Positions 41,204 to 50,230 are shown, counted from the first letter of the stretch. The stretch is DNA of 64,000 nt from Candidatus Humimicrobium oleiphilum (GCA_002304935.1 DBPS01000040.1:35675-99674); one strand, 5' to 3'. The notes: generated by a model not told the origin, from the sequence alone. A program made the numbers and translations.

Positions 41204-41920
41204 ATGAAAACAAAAAAGAATTATATAACCATCAGTGAAGTGGTGGAAAAATTTAAAAAATATTATCCTGATATTTCTGCAAGCAAAGTAAGATTCCTTG
41301 AGTCAAAAGGATTGCTATCACCAAAAAGAACCCAGAGCAAATACCGGATTTATAGTAAAGAAGATATCATCAAGCTGGATTTTATTTTAAAAATGCAAAA
41401 GCAATATTACCTGCCGCTTAGCGCAATCAGGGAAAAAATAAATTCAGTAGATTTTGTCCTTGATTTTAATAATGAGGATATAATCAAACAGCTAAAATTT
41501 GACCAGATTGAAGAAAGCAGTATTTCTTTAAAAGATGATTTTGTTACAATCGAAGAAATAACCAGAAAATTAGAGCTCAGGGAGTCTTTTTTAAATGAGC
41601 TTATTGATGAAAATATTATATATTATGAAGAAGTTGAAGACAGGAAGCTTATAAAAAGTACCGAGATTGAAATAATAAGAATTGCTGTTGAGCTGCTGAA
41701 GTACAGTATCCAGCCAAAAAATCTCAGACTGTTTGAAAACTTCTCTTTAAGAGAATCATCTTTTATACATCAGATAGTTTTACCGGTTATTATGTCCGGC
41801 AGCAGCGAGGGAGTAGAAAAAGCCTCTGCCATAATAAAAGAACTGGAGATGCTATTATCGAATTTAAGACATCTTATGGTTAAAAGGAATAATAAAGCAT
41901 TTCTAGAACAATACAAATGA
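41204..41920 (+). CDS. MerR-family transcriptional regulator with two tandem MerR HTH domains
   Basis: Two MerR-type HTH regions: ITISEVVEKF...YRIYSKEDIIKLDFI and VTIEEITRKLELRESFLNEL. Confidence 0.6.
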   Translation: MKTKKNYITISEVVEKFKKYYPDISASKVRFLESKGLLSPKRTQSKYRIYSKEDIIKLDFILKMQKQYYLPLSAIREKINSVDFVLDFNNEDIIKQLKFDQIEESSISLKDDFVTIEEITRKLELRESFLNELIDENIIYYEEVEDRKLIKSTEIEIIRIAVELLKYSIQPKNLRLFENFSLRESSFIHQIVLPVIMSGSSEGVEKASAIIKELEMLLSNLRHLMVKRNNKAFLEQYK

Positions 41921-43227
41921 ACCCTGAAACACTTATAGAGAGCCTTAAAAATCAAAGAAAAATTAAAAAAAGCAATTTGTCAAAATATTTTCTGCCGGTT
42001 TTAATCATTTCCTTTTTCATTGTCCAGTTTTTTATTCTTCCAGAAGCACTATATGCTGATGAAAATATTAAAAGTGTTCCAAGACAATATATTGATACTG
42101 TAGCCATTTCGGCAATTGTGGAAGATTTTAACTCTGACAGGGTGTTATGGGAAAAGAATCCCGATAAATCAATCTATCCTGCAAGCATTACAAAGATAAT
42201 GACAGCCATTATTGTACTGGAAAAAGCAAATAACCTGAAAGAAGTAGTAAAAATATCTGAAAATGCAAGGGGCAGAAATTTTTCAAGTATAAATTTCAGG
42301 GTCAATGATGAAATCACTGTAGAGGATCTCCTGAAAGCCGCGCTTGTCTCTTCAAATAATAATGCAACCATAGCGCTTGCAGAATATATATCGGGAAGTG
42401 AAAAAGAATTTGTGAAGCTGATGAATAAGAAAGCAAAAGAAATAGGCGCATTAAATACAAATTTCGAGAATACGAATGGTCTGGATAGCGAAAATCTTAA
42501 CCATAGATCGACTGCAAAAGACCTGGTTCGAATTGCTAAATATTGTATGTCGGATTCAAAATTCAGAGAGCTGGTCTCATTAAAAGAGGCAACGATATAT
42601 TTAAACGGCAAAGAGATAATTATTCAAAACACCAACTCTCTTCTTGACGGGGATTTTATAAAAGGCATAAAAACAGGATATACGAATAATGCAGGTTTCT
42701 GCCTAATAACATATTCCAAAAAGGAAGGTGTTGAACTAATCTGTACTGTACTCGGAAGCTCTTCATACGGGAGGAACTTTGATACATTAAGATTGCTTGA
42801 CTGGGTTTATGATAATTATAAATATGAAAAAATAATTTCAAAAGAAAAATCAGTTTTGGATGCATATGCAGGCGATGTTTTTTCAGATTTAAGCTTTGAT
42901 CTTTTTACGGAAAAAGATTTTTATATTCTTTTAAACAAGACAGAAGACAATATCTATTTTGATTTTGATATAGACCAGAATATAGCGCTGCCTGTTTTAA
43001 AAAATAAATCATACGGAAAGGTAAATGTATTCTTAAATAACAACCGGATTGAAGAATTAGATCTTTATGCCAGGAGCGAAATAAAATCACCGGAAATCGA
43101 AATCAGCTATATAAATTCTTCTTACAGGGAACTAATTGAATCGCTTCTTATTTTTACCTTATCATTTTATTTTTCTGCTTTTACATTTATAATAATTAAA
43201 AATTTAATAAGATTAAAATCAAATTAA
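41917..43227 (+). CDS. D-alanyl-D-alanine carboxypeptidase (PBP5/DacB-like)
   Basis: SITKIMTA (SxxK), SSNN (SxN) and KTG motifs. N-terminal signal peptide. C-terminal membrane anchor. Confidence 0.8.
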   Translation: MNPETLIESLKNQRKIKKSNLSKYFLPVLIISFFIVQFFILPEALYADENIKSVPRQYIDTVAISAIVEDFNSDRVLWEKNPDKSIYPASITKIMTAIIVLEKANNLKEVVKISENARGRNFSSINFRVNDEITVEDLLKAALVSSNNNATIALAEYISGSEKEFVKLMNKKAKEIGALNTNFENTNGLDSENLNHRSTAKDLVRIAKYCMSDSKFRELVSLKEATIYLNGKEIIIQNTNSLLDGDFIKGIKTGYTNNAGFCLITYSKKEGVELICTVLGSSSYGRNFDTLRLLDWVYDNYKYEKIISKEKSVLDAYAGDVFSDLSFDLFTEKDFYILLNKTEDNIYFDFDIDQNIALPVLKNKSYGKVNVFLNNNRIEELDLYARSEIKSPEIEISYINSSYRELIESLLIFTLSFYFSAFTFIIIKNLIRLKSN

Positions 43228-43259
43228 TAAACCTAAATTTAAAATCTAGTGGAGGTATC

Positions 43260-44405
43260 GTGAAAACAGGTCAAAAAAATGTAGTATTTGTAAAAATCTT
43301 TATTATTACATTAATTGCTTTTATGTCATCAATGCTTCTTTTTTCTTTTGCCTGCAAAAAAGAAACAGCAACCGAGGAGACAAAGATAGGTGTAGAGGAA
43401 ACCACAACGACTGCTGCTGAGTCTGCCGAAGAGACAGAAACTACCAAAAAATCCATTTCTGAATTAGAAATTACAGGTAACATTAACCTATTAACCGGTT
43501 TTGAAATATCAGATGGTATCTTAAATTCAAGACCTTTTGCAGTAATGATAAACAATGCCGGTGAGGCAAGACCACAATCAGGCCTGAACAAAGCTGATTG
43601 TGTAATAGAAGTTGTAGATGAGGGTGGTATAACAAGATTAATAGGCATCTTTTCTTCGAAAGAAGTAGAAGTAATCGGCCCTATAAGAAGTGCCAGACAG
43701 TACTATGCTGAAATGTCAAGGATGTTTGATCCGGTATACGTTTTCTGGGGAACATATCCTGAAGGATATAAAATTGTAGAAAATATGGATATGGATGTGC
43801 TGACACCGCTTGGTGATCAGAGCGGTGCAAGCGGTATAACAGCAAACATGACTGATGGAAAAGATGCGTGGAGGGATTCTACAAGAGTTGCGCCGCATAA
43901 TGCTTATTCTTCAACAGAAAAGCTTAAAGCAGCTGCAGCAAATAACGGATACGACGTTGAGGGAGGACAGTCTCCATTTAGCTTCAAACTGGACGCTTCA
44001 GAAGAAAATAGGGGAGCAGTCGGTGACATAAAGATTGATTTTTCAGTTGCATCATTTGCTTCAGATTTTAAATATGATAAAGCTTTAAATAACTATAAAA
44101 AATCAACAGGGGGAACTGAAGATATCGACAGGGAAACAAGTGAAAATCTTTATTTTAATAATGTCATAGCTCTCGTTACGGATATTGCAAATTCCGGTGA
44201 TTCAGCCGGTCACATGATAGTAAGAACAACCGGAAGCGGCAAAGCCTTTTATTTCTTTGATGGAAACGTAGTTGAAGGCACATGGGAAAGAACAAGCATT
44301 CTTGATTCAATGATATTCAAAGATGGGGCAGGGAATGAAGTTCTTTTCAACAGAGGTTCAACCTACATCGGCATGATTCAGGGAGCGGACAGGGTAATTT
44401 ATTAG
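43260..44405 (+). CDS. DUF3048-family lipoprotein (YerB-like)
   Basis: Lipoprotein signal ending ...FSFAC. PFAVMINNAGEARPQSGLNKADCVIEVVDEGGITRLIGIF matches the DUF3048 core. Confidence 0.55.
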   Translation: MKTGQKNVVFVKIFIITLIAFMSSMLLFSFACKKETATEETKIGVEETTTTAAESAEETETTKKSISELEITGNINLLTGFEISDGILNSRPFAVMINNAGEARPQSGLNKADCVIEVVDEGGITRLIGIFSSKEVEVIGPIRSARQYYAEMSRMFDPVYVFWGTYPEGYKIVENMDMDVLTPLGDQSGASGITANMTDGKDAWRDSTRVAPHNAYSSTEKLKAAAANNGYDVEGGQSPFSFKLDASEENRGAVGDIKIDFSVASFASDFKYDKALNNYKKSTGGTEDIDRETSENLYFNNVIALVTDIANSGDSAGHMIVRTTGSGKAFYFFDGNVVEGTWERTSILDSMIFKDGAGNEVLFNRGSTYIGMIQGADRVIY

Positions 44406-44419
44406 AGCAGAATCAATAA

Positions 44420-45031
44420 TTGAAAGACGACTTTAAAAATCAAAAAATTGAATTCGATTACGATAACATATTAGGCAGGATTCTGTTCCCAAGCGAAATT
44501 ATTCAAAATAAAGTAAAGGAACTTGGAAACAGAATTACTGCTGATTATAAAGACAGGGAACTTGTAATTGTATGTATATTAAGAGGAGCAGTAATTTTTC
44601 TTACTGACCTGATAAGAAACATAAGGCTGCCTTTTTCAATTGACTTTATCGGTATTTCTTCATATGGAATCAATCAGCCGGATTCAGGGATAGTGAAATT
44701 TACCAAAGACCTGGAAGAAACAATTTATGGAAAACACGTCCTTATTGTAGAAGATATAATCGATACAGGGCTTACAATCAGCTATTTAATCAGAAACCTT
44801 AGATCTCGGGAACCTTCCAGTATAGAAGTCTGCACTCTTATTGATAGGGAAGTAAGAAGGATAGCAGAACTTGATATCAGGTATTGTGCTTTTAAGATAG
44901 CAGGAAAATATGTAGTAGGATACGGGCTGGATTATAAACAGAAATATAGAAATCTTGAATCAATATACGAGCTAAAAACAGATGCTGTAAAAAAAGATAT
45001 TGAAGAAATGAAATCCACTCTTAATATTTAA
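44420..45031 (+). CDS. hpt: hypoxanthine-guanine phosphoribosyltransferase
   Basis: PRPP-binding motif VLIVEDIIDTGLT. Confidence 0.8.
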   Translation: MKDDFKNQKIEFDYDNILGRILFPSEIIQNKVKELGNRITADYKDRELVIVCILRGAVIFLTDLIRNIRLPFSIDFIGISSYGINQPDSGIVKFTKDLEETIYGKHVLIVEDIIDTGLTISYLIRNLRSREPSSIEVCTLIDREVRRIAELDIRYCAFKIAGKYVVGYGLDYKQKYRNLESIYELKTDAVKKDIEEMKSTLNI

Positions 45032-45079
45032 GTAGTTAAATGTTTTTTCACATTATTTCATTATCCGGGGCTTATTTTA

Positions 45080-45583
45080 ATGGATGATAAAGATTTTAAA
45101 GAAGAAGATTATATCCTTGTCAATCTCGAAGGTGTAAGAATGGAACAGCCGTCACAGAAACCCATAATACTCCTGAGAGAACATAATGGAGACAGGTTCC
45201 TGCCTATATGGGTCGGCAATTTTGAAGCTTCTGCAATTGCTCTTGAAATGGTGGATTTTAAATCTCCAAGACCTCTGACCCATGATCTTATAATAAATAT
45301 ATTTAATATTTTTAACATAAAAGTAAGCCGTGTCGTTATTTCGCGGCTTGTAAAAGATACATTTTTTGCTTTTCTTGATTTAAAAAAAGGTGAAGATGAA
45401 AATATTATTATTGATTTAAGACCCTCCGATGCAATTGCCATTGCAGTAAGGGTGCAGTCTCCTATTTATGTTGCACATGATGTCCTTGAAAAAGCTGGTT
45501 TAAAAATTACTTCCATAGAAGAAGAAGTAGAGAAGTTCAGAGATTTTTTAAACCATGCTTCTCCTGAAGATTTCAATATCTGA
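45080..45583 (+). CDS. DUF151 bifunctional nuclease-family protein
   Basis: LVNLEGVRMEQPSQKPIILLREHNGDRFLPIWVG matches DUF151/BFN. Confidence 0.6.
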   Translation: MDDKDFKEEDYILVNLEGVRMEQPSQKPIILLREHNGDRFLPIWVGNFEASAIALEMVDFKSPRPLTHDLIINIFNIFNIKVSRVVISRLVKDTFFAFLDLKKGEDENIIIDLRPSDAIAIAVRVQSPIYVAHDVLEKAGLKITSIEEEVEKFRDFLNHASPEDFNI

Positions 45584-45647
45584 ATTGCTTTTTTAATGCT
45601 TTTTGAATGCTATTGCCAGATATAATTTTTTTAACTATAATTACATT

Positions 45648-45661
45648 AATGTAATTACATT
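45648..45661. promoter_or_regulatory. perfect 14-bp palindrome AATGTAATTACATT, a candidate operator
   Basis: Perfect inverted repeat 31 bp upstream of the MerR-family gene at 45692. A partial copy TAATTACATT overlaps it on the 5' side (45640-45649). Confidence 0.45.
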
Positions 45662-45691
45662 GTTGTAATTATGGTTATATTTTTTTAAAAA

Positions 45692-46210
45692 ATGAATAAA
45701 TATTTAAACCAAAAAAGCATAGATAATAAAAATTTCACAGATTTAGAGATAAAAACTCCTCAGGAGAAAACCATATACGGTTCCCACGATGTATGCAAAC
45801 TGACAGGATTAACATACAAACAACTTGATTATTATGACAGAACTGATTTTTTAAGTCCTTCAATCAATCAGGCGATAGGGTATGGCTCAAAAAGGATGTA
45901 TAGTTTCAATGATCTGCTGAAATTAAAAGTAGTCAAAAGCCTTCTTGATGCAGGAATCAGCCTTCACAAGATAAGAAAGACAAAAAAATATCTTGAACTT
46001 GATGGAAACGGGGAAGATGCTTTTCTTAAGGTAACTCTCATATCAGACGGCAATACAGTTTTTGCATGTTATTCCGACAAAGAAATAATTGATACTATAA
46101 ATAACGGACAGGCTGTGTTTGGGATAGCTCTTGAAAAAGTATATAACAAGCTAAAAGACGATGTGGAAGATTTCCTAAAAAAAGCAAGCCGCGCAGAAGA
46201 GGGGATTTGA
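45692..46210 (+). CDS. MerR-family transcriptional regulator
   Basis: HTH region HDVCKLTGLTYKQLDYYDRTDFLSP...YSFNDLLKLKVVKSLLDAGISLHKIRK. Confidence 0.55.
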   Translation: MNKYLNQKSIDNKNFTDLEIKTPQEKTIYGSHDVCKLTGLTYKQLDYYDRTDFLSPSINQAIGYGSKRMYSFNDLLKLKVVKSLLDAGISLHKIRKTKKYLELDGNGEDAFLKVTLISDGNTVFACYSDKEIIDTINNGQAVFGIALEKVYNKLKDDVEDFLKKASRAEEGI

Positions 46211-46276
46211 TAGATTATTATTTTTAAAAAAATTATTTATATTGATTATTATTAAAAGCAGAAAGCAAAAAAACAA

Positions 46277-46666
46277 ATGAATGTAAAAATGATGGGAGCG
46301 ATTGATAACATAAATAAAAACAATACTCCTGTATCCAATGTAATAAATGCAGAAGAGATTGTTTTTGCAAACGAAAGTGAAAAAGAATTTGCCAAAATAT
46401 TGGATTTTTATAGGATAAAATGGCAATACGAACCCAAAACATTTCCCCTTGAATTTGACGAACAGGGCAGTCCGTTATTGTCTTTTACCCCTGATTTTTA
46501 TCTTCCTGACCTCGATCTTTTTATAGAGCTGACCACTTTGAATCAGAATCTTGTTACAAAAAAGAATAAGAAGATTAAAAAAATAAGAGAGCTTTATCCT
46601 GGAATTAACATAAAACTCTTTTATAAAAAAGATTACGATAGCCTTCTGTTTAAATTCATGAAATGA
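46277..46666 (+). CDS. hypothetical protein, possible Vsr/DUF559-like nuclease fold
   Basis: E...WQYEP...TPDFYLPDLDLFIEL resembles the DUF559/Vsr core pattern (E, Q, DF...IEvDG). Weak, by eye only. Confidence 0.3.
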   Translation: MNVKMMGAIDNINKNNTPVSNVINAEEIVFANESEKEFAKILDFYRIKWQYEPKTFPLEFDEQGSPLLSFTPDFYLPDLDLFIELTTLNQNLVTKKNKKIKKIRELYPGINIKLFYKKDYDSLLFKFMK

Positions 46667-46678
46667 TTGAGCTACAAT

Positions 46679-47224
46679 ATGGAAGGTAATTTAAAGGGCG
46701 ATATAAATCAGCTTTTCAGCAAACACGGTACTTTATCAGGCAAGCCGGGAATATGGGGCACTATAAGGATTTTGCTGGTAAAACCGGGTGTCCAGGCAGT
46801 ACTTGCATACAGATTTTATCACAAATTATATAAATGGCGTTTAAAACTGATTGCGGAATTTTTATGTCGTTTAAATTTTTTCTTTAACGGAGCTGAAATC
46901 GACCCGGGTGCAGAAATAGGTCCGGGGTGCAGGATATGGCATTCATCCGGTGTAGTAATTGGAAGGGGAGTGGCTATAGGCAGAAATGTAAGCATTTTTT
47001 CCAATGTGGTCCTCGGAGGTCTTGGTCATTCAATTTTTCATCATGGAGACCCCGGTTATCCGGAAATAGGAGATAATGTAAATTTATATACCGGGGTAAC
47101 CGTGCTTGGCCCTGTAAAAATTGGCAGTAATACAACGATAGGTGCACATTCGCTTGTATTAAAATCTATCCCTGAAAATAGTCTTGCTGTAGGCAATCCT
47201 GCAAAAGTAATCAGGCAGTTATAG
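46679..47224 (+). CDS. cysE: serine O-acetyltransferase-like hexapeptide-repeat acyltransferase
   Basis: LAYRFYHKLYKW followed by the left-handed beta-helix repeats GAEIDPGAEIGPGCRIWHSSGVVIGRGVAIGRNV. The ATG at 46679 was chosen as start; the ORF track begins at a TTG at 46667. Confidence 0.6.
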   Translation: MEGNLKGDINQLFSKHGTLSGKPGIWGTIRILLVKPGVQAVLAYRFYHKLYKWRLKLIAEFLCRLNFFFNGAEIDPGAEIGPGCRIWHSSGVVIGRGVAIGRNVSIFSNVVLGGLGHSIFHHGDPGYPEIGDNVNLYTGVTVLGPVKIGSNTTIGAHSLVLKSIPENSLAVGNPAKVIRQL

Positions 47225-47383
47225 TCTTGCTATTTTAATCTAATCTCTTATTTATAATAATTAATTTTTAGTTTTAATAATCAGCCATGTTTATAAAGAA
47301 AACAGGGTAGTAAAAATTGCGATAGTTGATTATAATTATTAAGTTGACATAATATATATTATCGGAACTAATTATATATTATA

Positions 47384-47821
47384 TTATCTAGAAATCCCTG
47401 AACTTCCGAAGCCATTTTCGCCTCTGTCAGTATTTTCAAGTTCTTCTGTAAAAACAAGTTCGGCATTTTCAACTTTTATTATCACTAGCTGACAAATTCT
47501 GTCACCTTTTTTAATAAAAAATTCTTCTCTGCTGTCAAGATTTATTAAAATGGCTTTTATCTCTCCTCTGTAATTGCTGTCAATAAGCCCTGGAGTGTTG
47601 ACAAGCGAAATACCGTTTTTGATTGCCAGGCCGGACCTGGGCTGGACAAAACCGGCATATCCTCCCGGTATTGCTATTTTTATTCCTGTCGGTATGAGTT
47701 TTCTCTCAAAAGGCTTTAAAACAGTATCAATGGTGCTTCTGAGGTCCAGACCCGCATCACCATCATGAGCATATCTGGGATAAACAATAGATCTGTCAAG
47801 GACTTGTATTTTTATTTTCAT
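47384..47821 (-). CDS. dut: dUTP diphosphatase
   Basis: Contains the dUTPase motifs (AGLDLRS, PRSGLAIKNGISLVNTPGLIDSNYRGEI). Confidence 0.85.
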   Translation of the reverse strand: MKIKIQVLDRSIVYPRYAHDGDAGLDLRSTIDTVLKPFERKLIPTGIKIAIPGGYAGFVQPRSGLAIKNGISLVNTPGLIDSNYRGEIKAILINLDSREEFFIKKGDRICQLVIIKVENAELVFTEELENTDRGENGFGSSGISR

Positions 47822-47911
47822 ATTAAAGATTTCCTAGTAAAAAATTAATTCCAATAGATAAATAAAATGACACATTTCATATTAAGAATTTATTATAATA
47901 TAAAACACAAG

Positions 47912-48208
47912 TCAGTTAGAAGCTATTACCGGAATAATAAGCGGTTTTCCCAGAAAATTGTCATCTTCGCTTATATCATTTATCTTCTTTACCTCAGCCA
48001 AAAAATCAAACCTGCTGTCAATACTATAATTCTTGTAAATAACTTCTTTCAGCTGATGATTGTTTTCGAATACCACGGTTTCATACCTCAGGATATTCTT
48101 TTTACCTGTAAATCTTGAACTATTTGTAAGAATAGCAACTGCAACAAGCGAAAAAACAATTATGAGAGTTATTACATATATTGTTTTTATTAATTTTGTA
48201 TTAGACAT
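47912..48208 (-). CDS. small single-pass membrane protein under LexA-box control; YneA-like candidate SOS cell-division inhibitor
   Basis: ATG at 48208 with the RBS AGGTGG (the ORF track starts three codons earlier, at a GTG). N-terminal TM helix. The C-terminal region ~65 aa has a degenerate LysM-like ending (...FLGKPLIIP). A promoter with two Cheo boxes lies immediately upstream. Confidence 0.55.
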   Translation of the reverse strand: MSNTKLIKTIYVITLIIVFSLVAVAILTNSSRFTGKKNILRYETVVFENNHQLKEVIYKNYSIDSRFDFLAEVKKINDISEDDNFLGKPLIIPVIASN

Positions 48209-48267
48209 TATTACCACCTATTTGCATATTTGATTGCACATTTTTACAAAAATGATTAACTAAAAAG

Positions 48268-48281
48268 CGAACGCATGTTCG
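48268..48281. promoter_or_regulatory. LexA (Cheo/DinR) box CGAACGCATGTTCG
   Basis: Perfect match to the Gram-positive SOS-box consensus CGAACnnnnGTTCG. Sits just downstream of the -10 of the minus-strand promoter. Confidence 0.8.
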
Positions 48282-48297
48282 TAATTATAATTATATA

Positions 48298-48311
48298 CGA
48301 ACAAATGTTCG
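48298..48311. promoter_or_regulatory. LexA (Cheo/DinR) box CGAACAAATGTTCG inside a promoter spacer
   Basis: On the minus strand the sequence reads TTGACA-CGAACATTTGTTCG-TA-TATAAT. The box fills the 16-nt spacer of a consensus sigma-A promoter. Confidence 0.8.
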
Positions 48312-48395
48312 TGTCAATATTTTTTTTATTTTCTTTTAATAATATGGAAACTTTGTTAATATTACGGATTATTATAATAAAATGAAAGTTCTGTA

Positions 48396-48899
48396 ATGTC
48401 TGAAATAGCTAACTATTTTTCTGAAAATATCGGAAAAATATTATCTACTTTTTTTACCGCAATGACTCCGATAGGAGAATTAAGAGCAGCGATACCCCTG
48501 GGTCTTGGTGTTTACAAGCTGGATATTTATAGTACGATTATTTTCTCCATAATCGGGAATTTCATCCCGGCAATTATAATTGTCTATGCACTGGAACCCA
48601 TATCAAAATTCTTAATGAAAAGATTTAAGATTTTTGACAGGTTCTTTACATGGCTGTTCGACAGGACAAGGAAAAAATATTATAAGAAATTTGAAAAATA
48701 CTCAGGTTTTGCATTAGCTACATTTGTAGGTATCCCCCTCCCCGTCACAGGTGCATGGACAGGGGCTACAATTGCTTTTGTTTTTGGCATACCTCCAAAA
48801 AAAGCTATACTGGATATTTTTCTCGGAATACTTATGGCTGCAGCAATAGTTACAATTATTTTTAAAACTGTAGGCTATGTGAAATTTATAACAGGATGA
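48396..48899 (+). CDS. small membrane protein (putative small multidrug export family, COG2426-like)
   Basis: MTPIGELRAAIPLGL motif and four TM helices. Diverges from the SOS-regulated promoter. Confidence 0.45.
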   Translation: MSEIANYFSENIGKILSTFFTAMTPIGELRAAIPLGLGVYKLDIYSTIIFSIIGNFIPAIIIVYALEPISKFLMKRFKIFDRFFTWLFDRTRKKYYKKFEKYSGFALATFVGIPLPVTGAWTGATIAFVFGIPPKKAILDIFLGILMAAAIVTIIFKTVGYVKFITG

Positions 48900-49043
48900 C
48901 ATAAATCCTTAATTATTGATTCCGTTTTATAAAAATCTGTATAACTATTTATTGTTATTTGTTAAAATTATTTTTGTTTAAATTATTCTTTTATGGGAAT
49001 ACGGAAATTAAAATTAATTATTTATTATATTTAAGGAGGAAAA

Positions 49044-50051
49044 GTGGCTGAAATTTTTTATGACAAGGATATTGACATAAGTATTCTTGAAGGGAAAAAA
49101 ATTGCAATAATAGGATTCGGAAGTCAGGGGCATGCTCATGCACAAAACCTCAGGGAAAGCGGTATGAATGTCATCGTCGGCGAACTTGAAGGAAGCAAAG
49201 CATGGAATTCTGCAAAAGAAAAAGGATTTGAGGTATTCACTGCTGACAAAGCTGCTGAACAGGGTGACATTATAACAATTCTTGTCAATGACGAATTGCA
49301 GAGAGATCTTTTCTATAGATATATAGGACCTAATCTTAAAGCCGGTAATGTACTTGCATTTGCTCATGGTTTCAATATTCATTATTCACAGATCATTCCA
49401 CCGGAAAATGTTGATGTCATTATGATTGCACCAAAAGGTCCGGGCCATATAGTAAGAAGAATGTATACCCAGGGCAGCGGTGTTCCTTCCATCATTGCCG
49501 TTGAGCAGGATTACTCAGGAAACGGTATGAAAACAGCTCTTGCGTATGCCAGAGGAATAGGTGCCGGAAGAGCCGGGATAATAACTACTACTTTTAAAGA
49601 AGAGACTGAGACCGATCTTTTCGGAGAACAAGCTGTTTTATGCGGTGGATGCACAGAATTGATCAGAGCAGGTTTTGATACCCTTACTGATGCAGGATAT
49701 CAGCCTGAAATAGCTTACTTTGAAGTACTTCATGAATTAAAACTGATTGTTGACCTTATTTACGAACATGGTATTTCAGGTATGAGATATTCGATAAGTG
49801 ATACTGCAGAATATGGAGATCTGGTTATAGGCAAAAAAATAATTACTGATGAAACCAGAAAAAATATGAAGAAAATCCTTAGTGATATCCAGGACGGTTC
49901 TTTTGCCAAAGAATGGATTCTTGAGAACAAGGCAGGAAGACCTGTATTTAATGCTTTAAGAAAAAAAGAAGCAAATCATAAAATAGAAGTTGTTGGCAAA
50001 GAGCTTAGAAAAATGATGTCCTGGATAAATAAAAGCGGAAATCTTGAATAA
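49044..50051 (+). CDS. ilvC: ketol-acid reductoisomerase
   Basis: GTG start with the RBS AAGGAGG. Rossmann motif [17 protein letters not shown]. 335 aa. Confidence 0.9.
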   Translation: MAEIFYDKDIDISILEGKKIAIIGFGSQGHAHAQNLRESGMNVIVGELEGSKAWNSAKEKGFEVFTADKAAEQGDIITILVNDELQRDLFYRYIGPNLKAGNVLAFAHGFNIHYSQIIPPENVDVIMIAPKGPGHIVRRMYTQGSGVPSIIAVEQDYSGNGMKTALAYARGIGAGRAGIITTTFKEETETDLFGEQAVLCGGCTELIRAGFDTLTDAGYQPEIAYFEVLHELKLIVDLIYEHGISGMRYSISDTAEYGDLVIGKKIITDETRKNMKKILSDIQDGSFAKEWILENKAGRPVFNALRKKEANHKIEVVGKELRKMMSWINKSGNLE

Positions 50052-50140
50052 AATAAAAATAAGCATATAGCAGTATATTCGGTAATATTCAGGTAATTTC
50101 AAAATATAATTGCCGTTATAAAAAATATTAAATATGAAAA

Positions 50141-50156
50141 GCAAACATATGTTTGC
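50141..50156. promoter_or_regulatory. palindrome GCAAACATATGTTTGC, a degenerate Cheo-like operator overlapping the lexA -35 (core of a 32-bp perfect palindrome)
   Basis: TATGAAAAGCAAACATATGTTTGCTTTTCATA is a 32-bp perfect palindrome. TTGCTT (50153-50158), 16 nt, then TATAAT (50175-50180) forms the probable lexA promoter. Confidence 0.5.
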
Positions 50157-50230
50157 TTTTCATATTTTTTTAGCTATAATGTAATTAAAATGCATATATT
50201 TATTTATTTAAAAACATAAATATTTTAAAA

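Noticed and set aside
46667-46678. TTG start for the cysE-like gene immediately abutting the upstream stop
   Set aside because: An in-frame ATG four codons downstream (46679) is more plausible. The difference is immaterial to function.
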